Of a stretch of DNA of 64,000 nucleotides, positions 52,741 through 64,000 are shown piece after piece. The translations under genes and the position numbers were made by a program. Location: the NCBI RefSeq assembly GCF_964355755.1, contig NC_092678.1, positions 13,390,352 through 13,454,351 on the forward strand, in the 5' to 3' direction. Position 1 is the stretch's first letter, and each line of letters opens with the position of its first letter. The DNA is from Antedon mediterranea (taxonomy: Eukaryota; Animalia; Echinodermata). The notes below the pieces were generated by a model. It searched no databases. It was not told the DNA's origin and worked only from the letters and a program-made list of their open reading frames with translations.

Positions 52741-52830
52741 AAATCAGGCAAAGAACATTAATTCTAAACCGCCCGGTGATATACTGAAATTTCATTAATT
52801 AATTTGAAATATATATATTATATATATATA
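52228..52830. repeat. (TA)n microsatellites interleaved with inverted fragments of the tRNA-bearing unit
   Basis: Long TA runs at ~52228-52250, 52395-52470 and 52659-52736. Confidence 0.9.
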
Positions 52831-54952
52831 AACACAGTAGGCAAAGAACATTAATTCTAAACCGCCTGGTGATATACTGAAATTTAATTAATTAATTTGA
52901 AACGATAAAGATGAGGAAATCTGTTAGAATGAGAAAAATTCGCCCCAACCGAGACTCGAACTCGGACCGCCTGCTTGATATGCAGTTGCCCTAACCATTA
53001 GACCACTGGGGCTTTCATGGTATTGTTCAAACTCGATTGGATAGCGACTCTTTAACATTCTCGGCGTGGTACGGCGGAACAGCACTAGTCCTCAGTTGTA
53101 CACACGCGCAACAGAGATCAAATTGATACGCCCTCATCTTACAGTATTTTTATTCACGAGGCGGGATCTCCGAAGAGATACTTTTATATAATTATATAAA
53201 CACAGTAGGCAACGAACATTAATTCTAAACCGCCTGGTGATATACTGAAATTTAATTAATTAATTTGAAACGATAAAGATGAGGAAATCTGTTAGAATGA
53301 GAAAAATTCGCCCCAACCGAGACTCGAACTCGGACCGCCTGCTTGATATGCAGTTGCCCTAACCATTAGACCACTGGGGCTTTCATGGTATTGTTCAAAC
53401 TCGATTGGATAGCGACTCTTTAACATTCTCGGCGTGGTACGGCGGAACAGCACTAGTCCTCAGTTGTACACACGCGCAACAGAGATCAAATTGATACGCC
53501 CTCATCTTACAGTATTTTTATTCACGAGGCGGGATCTCCGAAGAGATACTTTTATATAATTATATAAACACAGTAGGCAACGAACATTAATTCTAAACCG
53601 CCCGGTGATATACTGAAATTTAATTAATTAATTTGAAACGATAAAGATGAGGAAATCTGTGAGAATGAGAAAAAGTCGCCCCAACCGAGACTCGAACTCG
53701 GACCGCCTGCTTGATATGCAGTTGCCCTAACCATTAGACCACTGGGGCTTCCATGGTATTGTTCAAACTCGATTGGATAGCGACTCTTTAACATTCTCGG
53801 CGTGGTACGGCGGAACAGCACTAGTCCTCAGTTGTACACACGCGCAACAGAGATCAAATTGATACGCCCTCATCTTACAGTATTTTTATTCCTGAAGCGG
53901 GATCTCCGAAGAGATACTTTTATATATATAAACACAGTAGGCAAAGAACATTAATTCTAAACCGCCGGTGATATACTGAAATTTAATTAATTAATTTGAC
54001 ACGATAAAGATGAGGAAATCTATGAAAATGAGAAAAAGTCGCCCCAACCGAGACTCGAACTCGGACCGCCTGCTTGATATGCAGTTGCCCTAACCATTAG
54101 ACCACTGGGGCTTTCATGGTATTGTTCAAACTCGATTGGATAGCGACTCTTTAACATTCTCGGCGTGGTACGGCGGAACAGCACTAGTCCTCAGTTGTAC
54201 ACACGCGCAACAGAGATCAAATTGATACGCCCTCATCTTACAGTATTTTTATTCACGAGGCGGGATCTCCGAAGAGATACTTTTATATATATAAACACAG
54301 TAGGCAAAGAACATTAATTCTAAACCGCCCGGTGATATACTGAAATTTAATTAATTAATTTGAAACGATAAAGATGAGGAAATCTGTGAGAATGAGAAAA
54401 AGTCGCCCCAACCGAGGCTCGAACTCGGACCGCCTGCTTGATATGCAGTTGCCCTAACCATTAGACCACTGGGGCTTTCATGGTATTGTTCAAACTCGAT
54501 TGGATAGCGACTCTTTAGCATTCTCGGCGTGGTACGGCGGATCAGCACTAGTCCTCAGTTGTACACACGCGCAACAGAGATCAAATTGATACGCCCTCAT
54601 CTTACAGTATTTTTATTCCCGAAGCGGGATCTCCGAAGAGATACTTTTATATATACAAACACAGTAGGCAAAGAACATTAATTCTAAACCACCCGGTGAT
54701 ATACTGAAATTTAATTAATTAATTTGAAACGATAAAGATGAGGAAATCTGTTAAAATGAGAAAAAGTCGCCCCAACCGAGACTCGAACTCGGACCGCCTG
54801 CTTGATATGCAGTTGCCCTAACCATTAGACCACTGGGGCTTTCATGGTATTGTTCAAACTCGATTGGATTGCGACTCTTTAACATTCTCGGCGTGGTACG
54901 GCGGAACAGCACTAGTCCTCAGTTGTACGCACGCGCAACAGAGATCAAATTG
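52830..54952 (-). repeat. Tandem array of six ~363-368-bp units, each with an internal tRNA-like gene
   Basis: Near-identical units separated by short TATA runs; tRNA-like segments start at 52941, 53309, 53677, 54040, 54404 and 54768. Confidence 0.95.
52941..53012 (-). tRNA. tRNA-Asp(ATC)-like cloverleaf; 5 more copies at 53309-53380, 53677-53748, 54040-54111, 54404-54475, 54768-54839; function unknown
   Basis: GCCCCAG-TG-GTCT-AATGGTTA-GGGC-A-ACTGC-ATATCAA-GCAGG-CGGT-CCGAG-TTCGAGT-CTCGG-TTGGGGC-G (72 nt); A and B boxes; T5 terminator within 3 nt downstream. Confidence 0.6.
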
Positions 54953-55083
54953 TCCACATCCAATCCACATGTCTAAGACGGAACGTCATACCCAAGTAAT
55001 TTAGATCTACCTGGTCACCGTCCTTTGCTTATGTTGATAAGAAGTTCATATCTGATAGTATCAATGCTGTTTCCAGACGGTTT

Positions 55084-57553
55084 ATGCGTATGAGCATTCA
55101 GATGAACTTAAAGAAAGTTGCGTATCATGATGAACAAATGGTACATTATAAGACCAACCTACGAGCAGCTCTTACCAACTACGAATTTGACAAAATACGA
55201 AGTATCGTCCATGGATTAAACAAATGGTATTACAAGTCATTGACAGAAGCTAAATTACTTAAAGCTAATCGTGTTTGTAGAGAGTATTCCATTGATGAGG
55301 TAGGACCAACGAGAGCACACCCTGATACGTATAAACCAGTTGTGACTATACCTGATGATTTGCCTCTTAAAGATGAAGAACGCTCTGTTCATTCTAAGTG
55401 TCTGTCTTTTATTCCTATTAGGAAAGAGATTGAGGATTTCCAGCTTAAACAAGACATGGATCAATATTACAGACGTCTACGACTCAAAGCAAACTTTCAC
55501 GGCAAGAATCAGACAAATGTAACAACAAAAGAGGAATTCCAGTTGCTGAATAAGAAGCCAACTAGCTGGTCACCGCCACAAGGTATGTTCGCTGAACTTG
55601 ATCTGTATGTCAATACTTGCAAACGAGAGATTAACAAGCTTAAGTTAAAACAACCAAAGAATATTTGTAATTTGTCAAAAGGAGAGCAAGCTGCCATTAG
55701 ATCGCTTAAAGGTAATCATGACTACGTTATTAAACGAGCAGATAAAGGTGGTGCTACTGTGGTTTGGAGAAGGGACCTATATATTACAGAGGGAGAAAGA
55801 CAACTTTCTAATCTTGACGTATATCAGCCACTTGATGTCGACCCTACTGATTCTGATATTGGTATTGTTAAGAAGACTGTAAATAGATTGATTAAGAAGA
55901 AAGAGCTTCCTTCTACAGCCCATATATTGATTAATTCTGACGCCACTTGTCCTAGCTTTTACATGTTACCTAAAATACACAAGACTAACAGTCCTGGTAG
56001 ACCTATTGTTTCCGCTTGAAACGCGCCTACAGTTGTTATTAGCGAGTTCTTGGATGGAATCTTGAAGCCAATTGTACAAAATCTGCCAACCTACATCAAA
56101 GATAGCAAAGAAGCTGTAGTTTTGTTTAAAGAATATACATTTTCATCTGAGAGTGCTTATCTTTTTACAATGGATGTCACGGCCTTTTACACATCAATTC
56201 CTATTCAAGATGGACTTAACGCAATGAGACATTTTATTGAACTAGATAATTCAATTAAATATCCCGCATCGACAATACTACGTCTCGCTGAACTTGTACT
56301 TAATACTACAGCCTTCAACTTCAATGGAAAGTTTTTTCGGCAAGTTTTTGGGATAAGCATGGGTACAAAAATGGGACCTAACTTTGCTTGCCCCTTTATG
56401 GGGTATTTTGAGCAGAATGTGTTACGAGATTTTAAGGGAAAGAAACCAGATTTATTCAAACGGTATATTGATGATTGTGTTGGTGTTATGTCGGGAACTT
56501 TAGATGAACTTAATGAGTTCATTAACTTCGTGAACAATTTTCATCCTGCTATAAAGTTTACTCATGAAATTTCTGACAAGTGTGTGCCTTTCCTTGATAT
56601 TAGTTTATCTATTGATAAACCAGGTATTTCTACATCCGTTTACTACAAAGATACTGACGCGCACTTATCTTATCTAAATTACAACTCTTCGCATCCTCCA
56701 GCTTGTAAGAATGCTATACCGTATTCGCAACTTGTTAGACTTCGACGTTTATGTAGCGATGATGATGACTTTAACATCAAAGCATCTGAGATGATCGATT
56801 TTTTCAATGCACGTGAATATCCATCTGACATTTCTGTGAAATCTCTAAGAAAAGTTTTGTCAGTTAACGCACGAGGACACATTGCAACCTACACATAATA
56901 CAAATGCTTGTGACCGCATACCTCTAGTCCTCACGTATCATCCTATGAATAAGAAGGTTATTAACATTGTCCGCGATAACTTTTCAATTTTGACAGAGGA
57001 TAAATCCGCTACAAAAGATATTTTTCAAGAACCACACATGATAGCTTACAGACGTGATCAAAGCATTAAAGACACTTTAGTTAAATCTAAATTACAAAAC
57101 AAAGGTAATGAATCAACTGGAACATTCAAATGTAATAGAAATAGATGTTCGACATGTAATTACGTTTCATGTTCAACGCAAATAGTAGGACCTTCTGGTA
57201 ATTATGTTATTACAGATTGTATTACGTGTACCACTAGAAATCTAGTTTATTGTATTTCGTGTACTAAATGTAATATGCTTTATATTGGTGAAACTAAACG
57301 CAGGTTAGGTGATAGGTTTGTAGAACATTTAAGGTCTATTAAACTAAAGACTCCCGGATTACCTGTAGCCACCCATTTTTGTAATAATGAGCATTCCCTT
57401 TCGGCTATTACAATTTCTGGTGTTAAAGTATGTAATGGTTCTGAGACATCTCGTAGAATTATAGAAGAAAGAATAATTGTAAAGCTTCGCACTCTTGCCC
57501 CTACCGGCATAAATGTACAATTTAGATCCTTGAAGCTTTTGTCTTTGTTTTAA
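55084..57553 (+). pseudogene. PLE polyprotein with an in-frame TGA at 56017-56019 and a frameshift near 56880
   Basis: IKRADKGGATVV, FYMLPKIHK, PGRPIVSA, TMDVTAFYTSIP, GISMGTKMGP, RYIDD, PFLDI; CNRNRCSTC, NLVYCISC, YIGETKRRLGDRFVEH, PTGIN. Confidence 0.9.
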
Positions 57554-57710
57554 ATTTCCTGCTTTATAAGCAACCATTCCTGCCTTGTACACCATAGCTT
57601 TTGGAGGCGTGCCTTTATAACTATGCCTTTTGTTTGTTAACATCTTTGATTGGCTGATTTGTTTTACTAGGTAACTTTGTGACTTATATATGTTATCCTT
57701 TGTTACAATT

Positions 57711-57756
57711 CTTTTCACCTGATGATGGGCAATGCCCGAAACATGTTGTGAAAAAG
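57711..57756 (+). ncRNA. Minimal type I hammerhead ribozyme in the PLE 3' pseudo-LTR
   Basis: TTTTCAC-CTGATGA-TGGGC-aat-GCCC-GAA-ACATGT-T-GTGAAAA; palindromic stem III (ACATGT). Confidence 0.8.
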
Positions 57757-58290
57757 TCTCCAACCGAGACTCGAACTCGGACCGCCTGCTTGATATGCAG
57801 ATGTCCTAACCATTAGACCACTGGGGCTTTCATGGTATTGTTCGAACTCGATTGGATAACGACTCTTTAACTCTTAAGCGACTTTTTCTCATTCTCACAG
57901 ATTTCTTCATCTTTATCGTTTCAAATTAATTAATTAAATTTCAGTATATCACCGGGCGGTTTAGAATTAATGTTCTTTGCCTATTGTGTTTATATATATA
58001 AAAGTATCTCTTCGGAGATCCCGTCTCGTGAATAAAAATACTGAAAGATGAGGGCGTATCAATTTGATCTCTGTTGCGCGAGCGTACAACTGAGGACTAG
58101 TGCTGTTCCGCCGTACCACGCCGAGAATGTTAAAGAGTCGTTATCCAATCGAGTTCGAACAATACCATGAAAGCCCAGTGGTCTAATGGTTAGGACATCT
58201 GCATATCAAGCAGGCGGTCCGAGTTCGAGTCTCGGTTGCGGCGACTTTTTCTCATTCTCACAGATTTCCTCATCTTTATCGTTTCAAATA
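57757..58290. repeat. Inverted, rearranged copies of the tRNA-bearing unit (tRNA-like segments ~57761-57827 minus, ~58173-58243 plus)
   Basis: Same unit sequence in both orientations, with a GGACATCTGC variant of the D and anticodon arms. Confidence 0.85.
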
Positions 58291-58345
58291 TATATATATA
58301 TATATATAAAATAACAGCAGAAAACTTGGTTACTTCATTGTTTTA

Positions 58346-58403
58346 ATCACTACAAATTTGTTTCGTACGACCAGCATGTAGCTGGCTGCACTCTTCAGGT
58401 GAA
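58346..58403 (-). ncRNA. Hammerhead ribozyme in an inverted PLE 3'-end copy (58307-58560)
   Basis: Reverse complement of 59033-59090. Confidence 0.8.
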
Positions 58404-58640
58404 ATATAAAACATAAGTGACACAGTTGTCTCATAGTGCTTAATAGAAGTGAGTCATCGGGAAGTCGTATACAATAGCCTATTGTTTTAGATAAACTGTT
58501 TGGATCTGCAATTTAGTAAGAATTTTTTCCTATGTCTACAAGTAGAGACTAACTCGTTCTCGAAAAAGTCGCCCCAACCGAGACTCGAACTCGGACCGCC
58601 TGCTTGATATGCAGTTGCCCTAACCATTAGACCACTGGAG

Positions 58641-59188
58641 TTTAAAACTAGATACAGAAACCATACGTCTTCATTCCGGAACGAAAAATTAGGAAGTGCA
58701 ACGGAACTCAGTAAATATATATGGACACTTAAAGACTCTAAAACAAATTACTCAATTAAATGGAAAATTATAAAGAAATGCAAACCTTACTCAAATATTA
58801 ACAAAAGATGTAATTTATGTATATATGAAAAGTATGTTATTATATGTCAACCAGAGCTATGCTCACTGAACCGTAAGAACGAGTTAGTCTCTACTTGTAG
58901 ACATAGGAAAAAATTCTTACTAAATTGCAGATCCAAACAGTTTATCTAAAACAATAGGCTATTGTATACGACTTCCCGATGACTCACTTCTATTAAGCAC
59001 TATGAGACAACTGTGTCACTTACGTTTTATATTTCACCTGAAGAGTGCAGCCAGCTACATGCTGGTCGTACGAAACAAATTTGTAGTGATTAAAACAATG
59101 AAGTAACCAAGTTTTCTGCTGTTATTTTATTTATGCTCTACCTTGGTATTGAGCACTCTATCCAAACGGTCTGAAAATTTCAACCTGA

Positions 59189-59190
<2 letters not shown>
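58641..59190 (+). mobile_element. Second PLE family: GIY-YIG C-terminus plus 3' pseudo-LTR, ending at (TA)n
   Basis: [12 protein letters not shown]...[11 protein letters not shown]...[13 protein letters not shown]...[13 protein letters not shown]; hammerhead downstream; partial copy also at ~19178-19330. Confidence 0.85.
59033..59090 (+). ncRNA. Type I hammerhead ribozyme
   Basis: TCAC-CTGAAGA-GTGCAGCCAGC-tacat-GCTGGTCGTAC-GAA-ACAAATTTGT-A-GTGA; GUA triplet; 10-nt palindromic stem III. Confidence 0.82.

Positions 59191-59274
<84 letters not shown>
59190..59274. repeat. (TA)n microsatellite
   Basis: Direct inspection. Confidence 0.95.
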
Positions 59275-59277
<3 letters not shown>

Positions 59278-59737
59278 TTAGGAAGATGTAGACTTTATTT
59301 TTTTAAGTTCTTGCATTTGTATCGCATGATTATAATGCCTGTAAAAAGTCAGTTCCGTATCAAAGTTTTATATGTCGGATATAATCATAATATGAAACGT
59401 ATACCAGCATTTTAATATTGCAATAGAATGATAACATTTTATAATACTCATTCCAACATTGTTAACACATATCTGCAATTCAAATAAATCTCTTTTAAAC
59501 ATTTATATCTAAATATTTCCTAAATAACTCCTATCATTTCTACCATAACTATTATATGATACTACATCCCACAGAAAGTCATACCTATTGTCTATATCGT
59601 GTGCCGTACCCTTTTCACACCAAAACTCCGGAGTGATCTCACCCCAGGGTTTATGACCGTTCAAAACGTCGAGAAACTCCAGAGATACTCCTTTCACCAA
59701 CCTAGCAACACCGGGGTTTATAAAATAAAATTTTAAA

Positions 59738-62519
59738 TGTCGCCCTCTATTTTGTTTGTTCACATTCCGACGATCATTAGAAACATCTTTATAATATTTT
59801 TAATTTAATAATTACTTTTAAAAGTCTCAGAAGTAATATAATGTTTTATTAAATACTACTTATTATTTTTTAAACCCACTATATATTTTGTACAGTACAA
59901 ATATTTAAAGTATTTTAAAATCAAACTAAAGCAATGAGTGATCGTGTGAGGATGACCTTTTGACCTAAAAACTCCGGAGTTTGATGTTGTTTGTTTTGAT
60001 GGTACATTTCACACCAAATCACCGGGGTGTCCCCGCAGTTCGCTCTCCGGAGAATGTTCAGCTGTTCAACCCCCTGTTTTAAACTCCGGAGTTGCTTGAT
60101 TTTACCTTTCACCCCAAAACAGTTTTGCTTTTGGTGTGAAAGGTGTAATATATGCGTTTCTTTTAAAAAAAAATATCCCCTTTCTGATCATTAATCCATT
60201 TAAATATATTATTTTGTTTCTTTTTTACTCTTAGCCCCCTTACAGTAATTTTCTTTATTACCTCCGCCAAGGAGGTTATATTTTCACCCGTGTGTGTTTG
60301 TGTTTGTTTGTTTGTGCGTCTCTGAACAGCCTGGAAGCCACAGTTTTCATTCGATTCTGGCCGAAATTGGCCACAAGGATCTATGCCTCAAAAGTCGGAC
60401 GAGTTTGATTTTTGAGAAAAACAGAAATAGAACAGGCCTCAATGATGCGGAATGCCAAGAAATGTTTGAAAACTATTTTCCTCTTGGGTCCCATAACAAA
60501 TAACTGAGAAAATGTACATACAAAGTACAACAAATGAATATCAAAATCTACTAGCAGCATAATATCTAGTTACAAGTATTCCCAGGAAATTAAAACATTA
60601 TAATAGACGATCATATATTATAATTCTTCTCATGTCTAAGTAGTGGGCGGATACAATAATGTTTATTCTACATTACCTACCATACGTTTTAGAAACAATA
60701 TATGATATCATTAGTTACATGTGACAAAAATGTCCGCTTCATTGCAAAACTTAACATTAAATTACAATAATGGAATAATGTACATATACTTACATAATGG
60801 TATAAATGCTTTCTTTCAGTGTTGCATAAGTTACGTGACTTAAACTAAGACTGGTATACACTTTATCAAACATCCGAATATAAATACGTCAAGAGTCTAC
60901 AAAATAGTTATAATTTTATACATACCCTTATATATAATATAAATGACTGTGTAAATAGTGCGTTTTTTAATTGATTTATAGACTAGACCTCATTGACCCC
61001 ATTACGTTTATAGCTGTCACGATTAAAATAACCAACTTGCTTTGCTCATTAAAAAAAAGATATATTTGTATATGAATTTATTCACATTATATAACAGCAG
61101 GCGCTTTTATAATATTTATTAATTGCGATAGTGTTTAATGATATTTATTGATATATTGACTGACTATTAGTAGTATGATTTTTATTGATTTAGCAAATAG
61201 CATAAAAAAAATTACTGAAATCGCAATGGAAGTAGAAATAAATGCAGAGAATGCTAAGTGAAAACAATAAGTAACAAGTAAAACAGCCAGAAAGAAAGTG
61301 GCAATTTTTTTTATGATTTGCCTTATGTGCATTATAAAAAAATAATAATACTGATAGTGCCATACAAAATAACTCACTTATTTTTTAACCTCTACTATTA
61401 TTTGTTATATTTATTTTATTTTATTTATTTATTTATTTTATATTTTTTGTTAGATCAATTCCATAACATATTTTCGACTTTTCAACATTGTTTTATAACT
61501 TGAAAGAATTTCATTTAGCTTCGATTTTGTATAGATGACAAATTTCGTTTTTGTAAAAGCACAAGTTAACGGAGTACTTACTCGAACGTTTCGATCTCTA
61601 TCAGAGATCCTTCTCAACTGACTGCGGAGTGTTAATGCAGCTTGGTCATTCTTGTCATTCTTGTCATTGTTTTATAAGTTTTCTGATAACATTCATTTTT
61701 TTTTCTATACATTAACATTGTTTTTATACACATTTTGTATCTTTTCCAACCTCTATATATTTTGTTTTAACCTAGTTCAACCTTTTCAACATTGTTTTAT
61801 AAGTTTTTAACATTCATTTATATTCTACATTAACATTTTTAAACATAGGCCTATTTTCTATATAATTCTTTTAATCATATTGACATTTTTGTTTAATAAT
61901 TGTTTGTTCTAAATATCACCAAAATCAGTTGCCAAATTTTAAAGGTCTATATTATCTGACCACATTTCCACCTTTTTGGTTATTAAAAACGCGACAATTT
62001 AAAAAAAATCCTAATACTTCATTTCATTAATTTTTCCATAGTATTTAAAAATATAATTACCGCACATGAAAACATTATAAAAAATAACAAAAGCCTGCAG
62101 GATTACCAAAAGCGTTGACGAACACTGTCAAGTGACTCTCACACATATGTTGGTGAGAGGCATAGGGTAAAAAACAGAAATATTATCTTTTGATACATTT
62201 TTGTTTAAAAATGCAACTTTTAAAATGTCTTAGAATATTATATAGAACATCATTATACATAAAAATTTTAATGTATATCATCAAAGATACGATTTGATTT
62301 AAAGTTAATTAATTTAATTATTCGACAAATGCAAATTACGGTTGAACAGCTGAACATTCTCTGAAGAGCGAACTGCGGGGACACTAATAATAAGTAGTAT
62401 CAATAAAACATTATATTACTTCTGAGACTTTTGAAAGTAATTATTAAATTTGAAATATTATTAATTAAAATGATTTTAATGATCATCGCTATGTAAACAA
62501 ACACAATAGAGGGCGACAA
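59738..62519. mobile_element. Decayed element with long imperfect inverted repeats
   Basis: 59738-59860 is inverted at ~62400-62519, and 60025-60072 is inverted at ~62340-62385. Confidence 0.6.
60254..60430 (+). mobile_element. HINE/DINE-like 5' end
   Basis: TTTATTACCTCCGCCAAGGAGGTTAT palindrome followed by (GTTT/GTGT)n. Confidence 0.55.
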
Positions 62520-63855
62520 TTACTGGTATTAGTGACAAAAAAATGAACCAAAAACTAGTCTGACACTTTCTTTCTGCTGATTTTGTCTCGTTGCTTGCAG
62601 GTCTGGTTGATGAATGAAAATGGAATTAAAGTTTAGAAAATTAGTAGATATTAGGAAAGAACCTTACCTGGATGATACTCTACTACAGATACATTCATAT
62701 CACATGTGACGCATATGCAATAGGCCATAAGCTTATATTAAAAAAAATAATAATTTCGCTTCTACAAACACACACGCAATCGCTACAAATTGCGGCAAAC
62801 TATAAAAAAAACGACCATCAGCAAGAACTATAACCATACCCTACTACAGGTGCCACGACACTCTTTTATCAGGGAAGAGTTAAATTAATCAATTAATAAG
62901 AAAATGCGAAACATCCTCGTATTATTGTGTGCGGGTATTTTTCAAGATGGATATCCATTAGACAGTGTATAAACCTAAATTCGTTTTAATTGTCAATAAC
63001 TAATTATCTAACTCAATTTAATTAGTAAACAGGATTACATCAGGTGGTTAAAATCAGTAACGAAAGTACGAAACCAACTTTATATACCATCGAGTAAACA
63101 TTCTAGAAATAACGCACGATTTAGAGAATTTTGCCCTTACGTAAATTTAAATAAAGATGAGATTTATGGCTACTTTCTTTCTTAGACAAACAATTAAAAT
63201 TGGTAAAACTAGATGGTTTTGGAATACAATAGAACCCACGTGGAAATTTTGGGAAACTAAACAAAATCTGAAGTGTCCACTTAATTGGGGTATTCGGAAA
63301 TAAAGACAAAATGACGAATACTGGATACCATAAAGAACAATTAATTGATGTGGATTCAAGAAATTGAGAAGAAATGGAAATTTAACTACGGAGATTGGGC
63401 GGCATGGGGTGGCGGTGATGAAACCGCAGTAATAAAGTTGATTGTTTTATACAGCATAAGAACCACACTAAATAAATACAGTAAGACATTCGGTGATCGG
63501 AAACGCTAGCTCTAATTTAGTAACAAGTTTAAGTGTAGTCTACCTCTAATAAGGATTGTCAAACAGTTTCTAAATATTCAGAGCTAATCATCGGTTGCTG
63601 TGCACAGCTGTTTTAACCAATGTAAAATAAATAGAAAAAGTCAAGCTCCCTCAATATTGTCAGACGGCGATATGTGCCTAGTGTGTGACGCCGCGCGAGT
63701 GGTTGAATCTCGTTCAACTTTCGCGACATTTGCAACTTTTATAACTACACTTTAAATTAATTTAATCAATTTCGTCATAAATATTATAAAACCATTTTTA
63801 TACTATTTGTTATAAAATAAGTTTTTTAATTACCGATTTTTTTTTTTGGAAATAC

Positions 63856-64000
63856 AGTCGACCTTCTCATTTACGTACCCCTTGGTCTGAGAGGCGTTCG
63901 TAAATGAAAAAGTTCGTAAATGAGAAGGTTCGGAAAAAAGCGCCCTCTATTAAATCAGTGGTAAAAACATACCCAAACAAATGCCCTATGTAAAACTTAC
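63856..64000. mobile_element. Tc1/mariner-like MITE left end (runs off the window)
   Basis: TA|CAGTCGACCTTCTCATTTACG with internal inverted CGTAAATGAGAAGGT repeats. Confidence 0.5.

Larger units (their letters stand above)
54953..57756 (+). mobile_element. Penelope-like retroelement (RT plus C-terminal GIY-YIG) with a 3' hammerhead, inserted in the tRNA-unit array
   Basis: ORFs 55084-56019, 56050-56898 and 56882-57553, then a 3' region with a hammerhead; both junctions are with the tRNA-bearing unit. Confidence 0.92.

Noticed and set aside
52552-52761. ORFs with YIYIYI runs (also 59143-59415 and 17055-17261)
   Set aside because: Translations of (TA)n microsatellites.
53624-54548. Repeated 65-aa ORFs ([21 protein letters not shown]...)
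   Set aside because: Non-ATG starts that run through the tRNA-like sequence; a by-product of the repeat unit.
62580-62710. Isolated splice-site-like motifs
   Set aside because: No convincing ORF or partner exon can be assigned from sequence alone.

Overview
AT-rich, intron-containing eukaryotic (animal, most likely invertebrate) genomic DNA made almost entirely of transposable elements. From left to right: (1) the 5' half of a Ty3/Gypsy LTR retrotransposon (LTR, tRNA-Leu PBS, gag, -1 slippery site, protease; minus strand). (2) A ~12.9-kb fold-back built from two inverted copies of the 3' end of an Academ-like (XPG/Cys8) DNA transposon. It hosts a two-gene PIF/Harbinger element, whose Myb/SANT gene intron hosts a full-length LINE with a 2A-like peptide. 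(3) Penelope-like element (PLE) fragments with minimal hammerhead ribozymes. (4) A divergent NK2-class homeobox exon, the only clear host gene, with a candidate first exon ~27 kb upstream. (5) An eight-level nest of non-autonomous DNA transposons and Helentron-type elements. (6) Head-to-tail Helitron-like repeats and several CR1/L2-group LINE relics. (7) A tandem array of ~365-bp (TA)n-bounded units, each carrying an internal 72-nt tRNA-Asp(ATC)-like cloverleaf with its own Pol III terminator, interleaved with several PLE families. All calls come from reading the sequence and the ORF track; no database searches were run, so superfamily names are motif- and TSD-based assignments.
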